Shown here: positions 15,495-27,800 of the stretch, in pieces
Position numbering within the stretch: the first letter of the stretch is position 1
How the letters are laid out: every line of letters starts with the position of its first letter
Origin: Eledone cirrhosa
Taxonomy: Eukaryota
Direction of reading: 5' to 3'
Assembly: GCA_964016885.1 (NCBI GenBank)
Contig: OZ024756.1
Coordinates: 44,605,839 to 44,669,838 of the forward strand
Length of the DNA: 64,000 nucleotides
The notes under the pieces: model-generated
Databases searched by the model: none
What the model saw: only the letters and a program-made list of their open reading frames with translations
What the model was told of the DNA's origin: nothing
Translations under genes and position numbers: made by a program

Positions 15495-16610
15495 CTGTGG
15501 TAATATAGGGGAACTGTGGTAGTATAGGGGAACTGTGGTAGTATAGGGGAACTGTGGTAGTATAGGGGAACTGTGGTAGTATAGGGGAAGTGTGGTAGTA
15601 TAGGGGAACTGTGGTAGTATAGGGGAACTGTGGTAGTATAGGGGAACTGTGGTAGTATAGGGGAACTGGGGTAGTATAGGGGAACTGTGGTAGTATAGGG
15701 GAAGTGTGGTAGTATAGGGGAACTGGGGTAATATAGGGGAACTGTGGTAGTATAGGGGAACTGTAGTAGTATAGGGGAACTGGGATATTATAGGGGAACT
15801 GTGGTAGTATAGGGGAACTGTGGTAATATAGGGGAATTGTGGTAATAAAGGGGAACTGTGGTAGTATAGGGGAACTGTGGTATTATAGGGGAACTGTGGT
15901 AGTATAGGGGAACTGTGGTAATATAGGGGAAATGTGGTATTATAGGGTAACTGTGGTAGTATAGGGGAACTGTGGTAATATAGGGGAACTGTGGTAGTAT
16001 AGGGGAACTGTGGTAGTATAGGGGAACTGGGGTAATATAGGGGAAACTGTGGTTTTATAGGAGAACTGTGGTAGTATAGGGAAACTGTGGTAATATGGGG
16101 AACTGTGGTAATATAGGGGAACTGTGGTAGTATAGGGGAACTGTGGTATTATAGGGTAACTGTGGTAGTATAGGGGAACTGTGGTAATATAGGGGAACTG
16201 TGGTAGTATAGGGGAACTGTGGTAATATAGGGGAAATGTGGTATTATAGGGTAACTGTGGTAATATAGGGGAACTGTGGTAATATAGGGGAAATGTGGTA
16301 TTATAGGGTAACTGTGGTAGTATAGGGGAACTGTGGTAATATAGGGGAACTGTGGTAGTATAGGGGAACTGTGGTAGTATAGGGGAACTGGGGTAATATA
16401 GGGGAAACTGTGGTTTTATAGGAGAACTGTGGTAATATGGGGAACTGTGGTAATATAGGGGAACTGTGGTAGTATAGGGGAACTGTGGTAGTATAGGGGA
16501 ACTGGGGTAATATAGGGGAAACTGTGGTTTTATAGGAGAACTGTGGTAGTATAGGGAAACTGTGGTAATATGGGGAACTGTGGTAATATAGGGGAACTGT
16601 GGTAGTATAG
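15495..16610 (+). repeat. G-rich minisatellite, 19-bp unit TAGGGGAACTGTGGTAGTA
   Basis: About 1.1 kb of tandem units with recurring variant blocks. Confidence 0.95.
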
Positions 16611-16659
16611 CAATATATGATCTTTGAATTTATCATTACTACTCTATCTATATATATAA

Positions 16660-16747
<88 letters not shown>

Positions 16748-17319
16748 TTAATAAATGAAACGAAACAAAACCCAGCCAAATTATAGTTATATTAGCAATG
16801 TTGCGCACGAAAAGAAATGGACTATATGTGGAAAATGAAGAAATTAATTTCCTCATAAGCCTATGTATATATACATTAATACACACACACACATATATAC
16901 ATACAAACATACACACACACATACATACGCACACACACATACACCAGGCATACTAAATATATTTATGGGTGTGAAAGAAGAAAGCTGACCCTTGGTCCTA
17001 CTTAGTGTCATTCTTGCATTCATGTACTGATGATCTGACATTTAGCTATCACAAGTTGTTTGTCAAGATGATTTCTATAGCTCCCACTGTCACATTATTC
17101 CAATCTCTTGTCTATTCAACGCAACACTGATTCTAGGAATCCAAACATTTCGAGAATAAGATTACAAGATTGATAAATCCTGCTCAACGTAAAATGAGGT
17201 TTCAATGGGAATTACAACGAATTATTAGCTTTCATTTTTTAAAATCATTTTTACTGTTGTTGTTTTGTGTATTTCATACATTTTATTACTAATTATATCT
17301 AAATGTTCCTTCTCTCTTC

Positions 17320-17437
<118 letters not shown>

Positions 17438-17580
17438 TGTGTATATATATATAATTTACATCTATATACAGAGAAATGTGTATATATGTATGCATATATG
17501 TATGTATATATGTATGAATGTATATATGTATGTATTTGTGTGTGTGTGAACGCTTGTGTTTGTCACCGTGTGATTATGTG

Positions 17581-17748
17581 TAGATGAATGTCTATAAAAG
17601 TGCATTGACTAGATCATAGTAAAGGATATTATTATTGAATATATAAAATATCGATAAAATAAAGTAGATGAATGTCTATAAAAGTGCATTGACTAGATCA
17701 TAGTAAAGGATATTATTATTGAATATATAAAATATCGATAAAATAAAG
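17581..17748 (+). repeat. 84-bp tandem duplication at a SINE 5' junction
   Basis: TAGATGAATGTCTATAAAAGTGC...CGATAAAATAAAG occurs twice head to tail. Confidence 0.85.
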
Positions 17749-18253
17749 TACCAGTAATGCACTGGGTAATTGCTGGCCTTGTGCCAAAAGTAGAAACGAT
17801 TATTATTGAATATAAAGAAGCAAAAAGATGAGAAATGGAGAAGAGTGTATAGTGTCGTCTGTTATGATGTATGAAAGACAATGTTATTTCTCTGTCCTTG
17901 TTATGGTGTAATCACTCTACTAAAGAAGACACTAAATGTCCTACATTCGCATTCACTGTCTCTACCGCCTGTATATATATATATATCCTTTATGTCCTTG
18001 ATGTGAAATCGTGTGTTGAAAGATATATTTCAGGATGGTCATGTTGCTATGGTCATGTTGCTAAAATTGCCAATAAAAAAACTCTCAAGCTTCAGGTTTT
18101 TTATTAGTTATTATTTAGTTCGTCAAAGTCTTTCGTCACACATGCTGTCACCTAATCAATGACTATTTGTTTCCCTTTGTGCTTTCCCTTCTCTTTGGTC
18201 TTATTTTATTTACTCTATCTTGTCTTTCTGTGGTATGTTTCTGTGCGCCTGTG

Positions 18254-18336
<83 letters not shown>

Positions 18337-18873
18337 TGTGTGTGTGTGCGTGTCTGTCTTTATATTTAGCACGTGAATGGTGTGGGTTTGTATCTCTATT
18401 TCTCTGCTTGTATCATCCTATGTTTTTTGTGGGTGTGTGTGTGTGTGTGTGTTGTGCATGTGTGTGAGTGTGTACATGTTCCTGATTGATAGGATAGAGT
18501 GGGGAAAGTGTGTTTCCTGTTCCTATTTTCAGATTTTTTTATTAGGAAAATGAGAGAATTTCTACAGAAAAATATAATCAATATTTTAAAATAATCAATA
18601 AAATTAATTTTTCTCTCTATGTATGTATGTATTTCTGTGTGTATCTATATATGTGTGTAATTAGATACACGGGAACATCACAAGGTATATTTGTTTATTG
18701 ACTTAATCAAAGTATATTTTCATTGAGAGTACTTTACAATTAAGTTGGCTTGCAGTGATCAGAAGAATTCCTTCTCCCCGTTGAAGTGTTCAAGCCTCAG
18801 TTCACACATCTAGCTGCATAGGTGTGTTAATTTTACGAAATTCAGTTGTAAATCTGAGCTTGATGTATAGTGA

Positions 18874-18910
<37 letters not shown>

Positions 18911-18969
18911 GAGATGAGCGGAACAAGCAAACTTTAAACATTCTTTTAAAATAAATAAAAATACAATTT

Positions 18970-19050
18970 TGCTTTTACCGACGGTTTCGCCTCACAAAAG
19001 ATTGGAAATCCAGGGGACTTCCAATGGAAAGATCGGCTCTTCAGAAAGCA
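18970..19050 (-). ncRNA. Type I hammerhead ribozyme, canonical core, extended stem II
   Basis: Minus strand: TGCTTT CTGAAGA GCC[insert with 11-bp hairpin]GGC GAAA CCG-T-CGG TA^AAAGCA; 6-bp stem I. Confidence 0.75.
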
Positions 19051-19131
19051 TTTTCCCTTACATAGGACATATAGTCCCGTAGCAAGCAAATACATCGCCT
19101 TCCGCCAGCTAGTGAAAGATCGAGTGGGCCG

Positions 19132-19190
<59 letters not shown>

Positions 19191-19226
19191 TCACAAGAAT
19201 CAAAGCTATGTTCAAAGCATGTATTC

Positions 19227-19271
19227 ACTTACAATTGTTTCATCCAAACCTAGGCTTGGAGTCTTCGGAGC
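19227..19271 (-). ncRNA. HHR motif, CCGANGA family copy 1
   Basis: Minus strand: GCT CCGAAGA CTCCAAGC-CTAG-GTTTGGAT GAAA CAATTG TA^AGT. Confidence 0.55.
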
Positions 19272-19461
19272 ATTTTTCAATGTTTGTACACATAATTGAC
19301 CTCCTATATAACTGCTCTGTAGAACAACTGATGTTATTACATTGAGCTATTTATCTTACTGGTAATAAGGTAGTAATAAATTACTGACCTTCACTGTTTA
19401 GGGTTTAAAATATACATAACTATAAAAAGTTTTAATATATACATAACCATAAATACTATCC

Positions 19462-19514
<53 letters not shown>

Positions 19515-20185
19515 AAATGGGGAGAAGAATACTGCAGGTTGCACATGGATAACATGTTATAAAATGAGTCCCTCATCAGTGATTTTCCAACGATCATAGA
19601 TATTTCATTGCATTAAAAATCATATACCTCACGTTGGTGCAATAATAACTAAATTAAGTTAAATATATATATATGCGAATGAAACAGTTCCAGTCCTATA
19701 GAAGTTACTTCGATCACGACCTTTTAAAACAAGATTACCTTACACAAAACGCCATCATCAACAGTTTTCCAAGAGATGGGGACCTGTTTTTTTCTCTAAA
19801 AAATTTGTTTCGTTTCTGCCAATGCTCGTCTCCTCAAAATGTCTATTTATTCGTTAATTTTTCATTCTATTTTCCGATGAAGAACTAGCGTCAAAAACGT
19901 TAAGCCTTTTTTCCTACTATATCAAGCATAAAACTAATAATATATTTCTTCATTGTACTGTGTCCTTTGCTTTGTTGCTTCTGTTTGCCTTTTTCGTATG
20001 TGTGTGCGTGGGAGTGCATGCGAGCATGCATCTGTGTGTGGGTGTTTCTACTCTGCTTTGAAGTGCCAGTTTAACTGTGTAACCTTAACCATCAGACGAG
20101 TAAAGTGCTGTCATTCCAAGTTAAACGTTAAATGATATTCCAGCCAAGATTCCATCGACGATTGCGTGGTGATACAGAAATTGTC

Positions 20186-20277
<92 letters not shown>

Positions 20278-20379
20278 TAGAATTACTATTAACAAGTGTA
20301 CAAACAAGAGGAATGGTTGCTCAGAAAAACAAGATGGTGGAAGAGAGAACAAAGGAGAGACACAAGATAACAACAAAAG

Positions 20380-20425
20380 TATTTACTGAGGAGGTCACAG
20401 AATATGTGGCGAAAGAGCTTTGATA
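20380..20425 (+). ncRNA. HHR motif of the GTCACA-stem PLE family
   Basis: TTTA CTGAGGA G GTCACA-GAATA-TGTGGC GAAA GAGC TT TGAT; followed by family tail TTATTGGCAACCTGACCCTCCCAAAGTATA. Confidence 0.6.
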
Positions 20426-20822
20426 ATCAACAACTAAACAACCATCCGGTTATTAAACTAACCAACTGGGAAATTATAATAATAAATTGAAGTGAAAGTC
20501 AACAGGTGCATGTGTTTTTTTTATTGGCAACCTGACCCTCCCAAAGTATAATATATATTTTTTTTTCTTTTGCGACCACTACAGGGTAGGTGAAGAACAC
20601 GCCATTAATATTACTAATCTTATACAGAAGATAGAACTGTGAAGAATACGGAGTTTTATGACTTAGGAACGCTCTTGCTCCAAACTAAAGTTCTCAATTA
20701 GAAATATCTTCCATAAAAAATATCAAACTTGACAGTTGTGTTTATATTGTGACATGTGAGCTTATATGAGGTTTATATTTATGCATACGTCTATAGAATA
20801 ATGTACATGATTCTATAAGTTT

Positions 20823-20862
<40 letters not shown>

Positions 20863-21861
20863 CGTATATATATATATATATGTACATTTCCATATATCTA
20901 TGTTTATACTCTCATATGTATAAGCATACACACCTACTTGCATTCTCTTTCGTCTCTCTGACTACCCCACTCCCTTTTTTACATTCACAGGAAGTCATAA
21001 AAAACCCGGATGTTGCTTAAGATAAAAAATCTTTTGATTAATTTTTTGTTTGTCTTTTTCGCACATAGCGTTCTATTTTGGATAAATCTGAACAAGTTGG
21101 TTATCATATTACTTTTCGTTTCACCTGTGTATGTTTGTGTTGTGGTGTTGGTGTGGCGTGGTGTGGTGTAGTGTAGTGTGGTGTTCGTGTAGTGTGGTGT
21201 GGTGTGGTGTTAGTGTTGGTGTGGTATTTCTTTTAGTTTGATTTTGTGGCTGGGGTGTAGTGTGGTATAGTATGGTGTGGTGTGGTATAATGTGGTATGG
21301 TGTATTGTGCTGAGTTGTAGTGTGGTTTGGTATAGTATAAAGTAGTATGGTGTAGTGTAGTGTAGTGTGGTGTGGTGTGTTGTATTGTGTTGTGTTGTAG
21401 TATGGTGTGATGTGTTTGGTTATTGCGTGGTCATGATGGGAGAACGGAAGATTCTACATCGTCGACAAAATGGCGAATGTATTGGCAAAGCAGTCAGTGA
21501 TACCTGCTACATCATACACCTCCATTTCCGGGCTCCTTTATTGGGCGGAATACTCTCCTCTCAACTTTACAGAGGAAAACGGCAGTTCGGACACCAAGGA
21601 TACCTGAGGTCTTGAAGGCGACTGGCACAAAAAGAAAGCAGCCGGTCAAGTCCTGGTATTTAATTGTTTTCCTCTCTTTCGTATTACGGAAGGCAGTGCC
21701 TTGGATTTGTAATCAAGAACGTGTTGCAGCAGTCCTTGTCTTGCCATAAAACAAAGTTTCATCATATCTTTCACTGTCAATCAGAAATTTTGTTAACGAT
21801 CTCACTCATTCTGGGATTAGCTCCAATCCTTCTGCTTTCACCATCATTCCCCCAACACCAC

Positions 21862-21923
<62 letters not shown>

Positions 21924-21938
21924 TGCCAATCATATATG

Positions 21939-22017
<79 letters not shown>

Positions 22018-22034
22018 GTAATGATAATAATAAT

Positions 22035-22280
22035 AATGATTACTTATCGCAAATCCCAGGAAACCCGCGTATAGGAGAAATACAAAAGATAGTACTAATG
22101 GGAACTGCCCATATACTAAGGAAGGTTCTGTCAATATAAGTACATCACAAGTCTAAACACTAAAGATGCATGTGTGAGTATGTATGTTCTTTCTTGAACA
22201 TGGCGGACCTTGTTGTCTCTTGAGGTCACTGGTTGTGACTTGGTGATAACTCGTATGAACATAAAGCAAGATAAATGCAA
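22035..22280 (+). mobile_element. 3' fragment of R4/Dong element B
   Basis: Nearly identical to 28499-28744 (DYLSQIPGNPRIGEIQKIVLMGTAHILRK plus 3' UTR); bounded by (TAA)n. Confidence 0.92.
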
Positions 22281-22301
22281 CTGTAATAATAATAATAATA
22301 A

Positions 22302-24756
22302 TTTGACAACAACCAGAAGATGCTGTTTGGACAGCTTGAGGGGAAAGAAAGAAGCAACGACTTGATCCCTGAGGCGGAACAAACTAAAACATTCTGGAGA
22401 GGAATATGGGAGCAGGATGTTAAACATAATGACCAGGCAGTGTGGATTGAGACAGTACAGAAGGAGATTAGTGAACAGGCACTCCAACAAACTGACTTGA
22501 GTATCACAGTTGAAACTCTTAAGGGGCAGGCCAAAAAACTAACCAACTGGAAATCACCAGGCCCAGATGGTGTGCAGGGGTATTGGATTAAAAATATAAC
22601 ATCCCTCCACCCGAAACTGACAACCATGTTCAATGACTGCTTGATGTCAGGTGAGGTACCAGAGTGGTTGACAAAAGGTACCACAGTTCTGGTAATGAAG
22701 GACCGAATCAAGGGTAATGATGTTACCACCTATAGACCTATCACATGTCTGTCCGTAATGTGGAAACTGTTGACAAGCATTATGTCTGAGGAAATCTACC
22801 ATCACCTCCACACAAACAACTTGTTACCGGACGAACAGAAAGGATGCCGAAAGAAGTCCCGTGGTACAAAGGACCAGTTACTTATTGATAAGATGGTAAT
22901 GAGGAATTGCAAGAGGAGACACACTGATCTTGCCATGGGATGGATAGACTACAAAAAGGCATTTGACATGGTGCCTCATTCTTGGATCACCAAAAGCCTA
23001 GAGATCTTCAAGGTGGCAGATAACATCAGACAGTTGTTGGGCAAAAGTATGAAGTCCTGGGAAACAGAGTTAACATCAGCTGGAGAATCCTTGGGAGGCG
23101 TGAAGATCAAGGGAGGTATCTTCCAGGGAGATAGTCTGTCCCCTCTGTTGTTTGTCCTTGCCCTGATGCCCCTGACCATTATACTGCGAAAAGTGAGAGC
23201 AGGATACAAGTTGGGAAAGGGAGAGCTTACCATCAATCACCACCTCTTCATGGACGATCTTAAGCTCTTCGGGAAGAGTGAGAAGGAGTTGGATGTGCTT
23301 GTTGACACTGTCCGTATTTTCAGCAATGATATATGTATGCAATTTGGTATTAGTAAGTGTGGAGTCCTTGTGATGAAGAGGGGTAAATTGAGCAGAAGCA
23401 ACGGAATCCAGGTACCAACAGGTGAGATGATAAAGGAAATTGACACTGAAGAAGGATACAAGTATTTGGGTGTTCTGAAGATTGATGACATCAAGAACAA
23501 AAAAATGAAAGAATTGATAAGAACTGAATACATTCGGAGAGTAAGGAGCGTATTAAAGTCACATCTGAACAGTAGGAATGCCATAAGTGCAGTAAATTCC
23601 CGAGCTGTGTCTATTATTAGATACAGTGCGGAAATTCTGAGATGGAATGTTGCTGAACAAAAAGAAATGGATAGGAAGACTAGGAAGCTATTGACTATCT
23701 ACAACATGTTCCACAAGAGGAGTGATGTCGATAGACTCTACTTAAGGAGATCTGAAGTTGGAAGAGGTCTTATCAGCATAGAGGACTGTGTTCAGATGGA
23801 GAAAAACAACCTACACAAATACGTGACTGATAGTAAGGAGCCAATGCTCAGAACTGTACTGAGGGAGAGGACAATAGACCACGGGATGTCCAAGGAGGAA
23901 ATAACAAGGAGAAAGAGCAGCCTTCAGGAAAAATCCCTTCATAGTACCTTCTTTGAGAAAACTGAATTCAGAGATCCACAGACATGGAACTGGTTGAAAA
24001 GAGGAGACCTTAAAAATGCTACAGAAGGAATGTTAATGGCTGCGCAAGAGCAGGCCCTCAAAACGAAGTGGTTGAAACACCATATTTACAAGGAGGACGC
24101 TAGCCCACTGTGCAGGATCTGTGGAGAGAGTGGGGAGACTGTGGCTCACATTGTATCCGAGTGTAAACACCTAGCCCAGACTCACTATAAGGGCTGGAGA
24201 CATGATGTGATGGGCAGTGTGATCCACTGGCACCTATGCAAAGTAAACAATTTACCACATTCTGAGAAGTGGTATGAGCATAAGCCAGAGTCGGTGATAG
24301 AAAACGATCAGGTGAAGGTGCTGTGGGATTTTAGGATACAGACGGACAAGAAACTGGAACACAATAGACCTGACCTGGTGGTTTTGGACAAAGAAAAAAG
24401 ATCGTGCCTGATTGTGGATGTGGCCTGCCCATTCGACACGAGAGTGCAAGAGAAGGAGAGGGAGAAAATTAACCGATACCAGGACTTAAAGTGGAAAGTA
24501 AAAAGGATTTGGAACTGCCATGAAGTCAAAGTGGTCCCGATTGTCATAGGCGCACTAGGTACTATCACAAAAAGTTTCCAAGGATGGTTAAAGAAAATTG
24601 GCCCCTTCACGCTTTTTGGAACGCTTCAATAGGCATGCTTGCTGGGAACGGCAAGAACCCTCCAATACGTCCTGAATATCTGAGGCTGCAGGTAGTGGCT
24701 TGATATTCATTTCAACAAACTTTCCAGTTAACTAACATCAATGACTGAGACTCAAA

Positions 24757-24757
<1 letters not shown>
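22302..24757 (+). mobile_element. R4/Dong-clade non-LTR retrotransposon A, 5'-truncated
   Basis: RT + CCHC + RLE ORF; (TAA)n on both sides. Confidence 0.88.
22320..24632 (+). CDS. RT + restriction-like endonuclease (element A); premature TAG, homology continues to TGA at 24683
   Basis: WKSPGPDG, YRPITCL, IDYKKAFD, GIFQGDSLSP, FMDD, CRICGESGETVAHIVSEC, RHD, NRPDLVV. Confidence 0.92.
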   Translation: MLFGQLEGKERSNDLIPEAEQTKTFWRGIWEQDVKHNDQAVWIETVQKEISEQALQQTDLSITVETLKGQAKKLTNWKSPGPDGVQGYWIKNITSLHPKLTTMFNDCLMSGEVPEWLTKGTTVLVMKDRIKGNDVTTYRPITCLSVMWKLLTSIMSEEIYHHLHTNNLLPDEQKGCRKKSRGTKDQLLIDKMVMRNCKRRHTDLAMGWIDYKKAFDMVPHSWITKSLEIFKVADNIRQLLGKSMKSWETELTSAGESLGGVKIKGGIFQGDSLSPLLFVLALMPLTIILRKVRAGYKLGKGELTINHHLFMDDLKLFGKSEKELDVLVDTVRIFSNDICMQFGISKCGVLVMKRGKLSRSNGIQVPTGEMIKEIDTEEGYKYLGVLKIDDIKNKKMKELIRTEYIRRVRSVLKSHLNSRNAISAVNSRAVSIIRYSAEILRWNVAEQKEMDRKTRKLLTIYNMFHKRSDVDRLYLRRSEVGRGLISIEDCVQMEKNNLHKYVTDSKEPMLRTVLRERTIDHGMSKEEITRRKSSLQEKSLHSTFFEKTEFRDPQTWNWLKRGDLKNATEGMLMAAQEQALKTKWLKHHIYKEDASPLCRICGESGETVAHIVSECKHLAQTHYKGWRHDVMGSVIHWHLCKVNNLPHSEKWYEHKPESVIENDQVKVLWDFRIQTDKKLEHNRPDLVVLDKEKRSCLIVDVACPFDTRVQEKEREKINRYQDLKWKVKRIWNCHEVKVVPIVIGALGTITKSFQGWLKKIGPFTLFGTLQ

Positions 24758-24801
<44 letters not shown>

Positions 24802-24802
<1 letters not shown>

Positions 24803-27800
24803 CCCGTGACCAAGAAATACCGGGATGGCGGCCGGCGGGGAATAGCCGTGTCTCTAGGGGAGAACGACCCCTCTAGTCTTAGTTGACACTCGTTCTAGAA
24901 GTGGTAACACGAAATGATTACCCCTTGGCGGATAAGGATAAAACGCGACAAAATAAAGTAAATGTCTAATGATAAAATCTCATACCGGATCGGCCGTCAC
25001 CCGGGTAAAAAAGGGCCGCGTCCCTCAGAGAGGAACCAGACTGGGGTCTAAAAATCAGCTAATGGTTCAAACCTTCCCATCACTTCGGAGCTGGAGACCT
25101 CCCATAACCGGAATACTCCTACTGTTGGCCCTCCATGCTCACCACCAAGAAATCCAAAGAAAAAGAGAGAAAAATGGTCAAGGGAAGATAATAAAGAAGT
25201 CCTTGAGGCTTTCTACACTGCCATGTACTACCCATCAAATACATCGAATACAGAACAGACATATATCAACTGGAAAAAGAAACATCCCGAAAACAGAGGC
25301 TATATTGACAGTAACAAACTAGCTAATATACGAAGAAATATTGTAAGAAAAAAGTTACTAACTGATATAGAAATTGATCAGATCAAGCTATTAGCACAAA
25401 GTCAGCGAAGGGAAAATGAAACATGTGTCAGTGAAAACGAGGTAAACTGTAACACTTCGAACCCCAGGGTTGGGGCGGAATCACTGGCAACAGAACAAAT
25501 TAAAGAAAGGATCGAAAAAGTGGAGGGAGTGCATGCTCAGGATGAAACTCCAAATGGAAATAATGAGATCGTAAATGATAAAGAAATGAATGAGAATGAA
25601 CTTGCCAACTTGAAGGATGAAATTATGATCGAATGGATGAAAATGAAAGAATCTGACATGGGGCAACGAGACACCCTCCCTAAGATCCAGAACTCCAAAC
25701 AGAACCAAAAGATAATACACAAGACTAACATAATTCTCAAAAACATTATCATCACAAACAAACTAAACATTACTGATTTAAATCATCTCTATTATGCATC
25801 GGCTAAAGTCACCACTCACTTATGTGGAGTGAAGATGAAAAAACAAAGGAATTCCCACAAGAAATCTACTTGGCAAGAGAACGTCAATCACCAAATAAAC
25901 CTTCTCCGATCTGACATAGAAATTTTAACAAACTATAAAGTAGGTGAACATGTTAAACAAACTAAACTTAGAAAATTGAAAAAAAAGTACAGTATAAAAT
26001 CAACATGTGACATAGACATGCTGATAGAAATAATCAAGCAAAAAGTGTCGGCCAAAGCTGCTCGTATAAGGCGCTTTGAAAAACGATCTAGATTCTATAA
26101 GGACAATAATATGTTCAAAAATAACCAAAGAAACTTCTACAGAAAAATTGGTAAGTCAACAATAACTGCTAAATCAATACCACCCAAGGAGGAAGTGCAA
26201 GAATTCTGGGAAAAGATCTGGGCCGAAGAAAAAGTTCATAACATACATGCCCCATGGATAGACAGACAAATGAAAGATACAGCTCACCTTGAGGAACAAA
26301 TATGGGAAAATATAACAGTTGAACAGTTGCGCTTGGCTCTAAGAAAAACCAGCAAATGGAAATCCCCAGGAAAAGACAAAATACAAAACTTTTGGATAAA
26401 TGCCTTCACAGAGTCTCATGAGCTGTTAGCCCAGCTTTACAATGAAATAGTTAAGGAGCCAGAAAAGATACCATCATGGCTAGTTAACGGCATTACATTC
26501 CTGCTTCCGAAGAATGATGAGACAAACAATCCCAAAAATTACAGACCGATAACTTGCTTGACCACAATGTATAAAATTTTAACATCAGTCCTAACTGAAT
26601 ACACATATGACCACCTGATAACAAATGACCTATTTCCCATTGAGCAGAAAGGGTGTAAACGAGGCTCATATGGCTGTAAGGATCAGCTTCTGGTTAACAA
26701 AATGATACTGGAAGATTGTCATAATAGACACAAAAATCTATCGATTGCTTGGATAGATTATAAAAAAGCATTCGATAGTTTGCCACACAGTTGGATTGAA
26801 AAATGTTTAGAGATTTTCAAAATATCCCCCGTTATCAGGAGGTTTTTGTCATTCAGTATGAGGACATGGAGAACGACACTCCTTTTGAATAGTGAAACAA
26901 AATCACTGGAAGCTGGAGAAGTTAACATTAATTGTGGAATTTTTCAGGGTGACTCTTTATCACCGCTTTTATTCTGCATCGCACTTATACCATTAAGTAA
27001 AATGCTCAATGAAACAAAACATGGATATAGAGTCTATGACAAAACCATTAATCACCTGTTCTACATGGATGACCTGAAACTATTTGCAAAAAATGATGAA
27101 CAATTGCAAGGGCTATTATCCACTGTGAAGCAGTTCAGTGATGACATTAAAATGGAGTTTGGACTGGATAAATGCGCCAAAGCAACGTTCACCAGAGGAA
27201 AGCTGCTGAAGAGTTCAGACATTAATCTTGATCGGGGGAACGTGATAAGAGAGCTTGATCAAGAACAAACTTACAAATACCTAGGTGTTTGTGAAGGAGA
27301 CGGAATCAAGCACTCGACAATGAGGGAAAGGATAAGGAAGGAATGTTACCGCAGAGTCAGAGCAATCTTAAGAACGGAATTGAATGCAAGGAATAGGATT
27401 GATGCCATAAACACGCTTGCCATACCAGTAGTAACCTACAGTTACAATGTCATCAACTGGTCAAGCACAGAGATCCGTAGGCTCGATACAAAAATCCGAA
27501 AATTCTTAACCATGCACAGAATGCATCACCCTAAGGCAGACATAGATAGAATATATCTCCCTAGGAAAGAAGGAGGGCGTGGGTTAGACATTGCGTTGAA
27601 AACTGCAACAATTGGATTATCCACATATCTAAGGGAATCACATGATTGGATGATAAAACTCGTTTTGAAACACGAAAGCACCAAAAGATCATATTCCATT
27701 ACAAAAGATGCACAAAGATACAGTAATGGACTACAAATTTCAGAAGTCCCATTTACTGCTGAAATGGAAAACACAGAAAAAGCAAAGCAGGTAAAAGTAA

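Noticed and set aside
15495-16610. Regular array resembling a CRISPR
   Set aside because: Contiguous 19-bp units with no unique spacers, no cas genes, eukaryotic context
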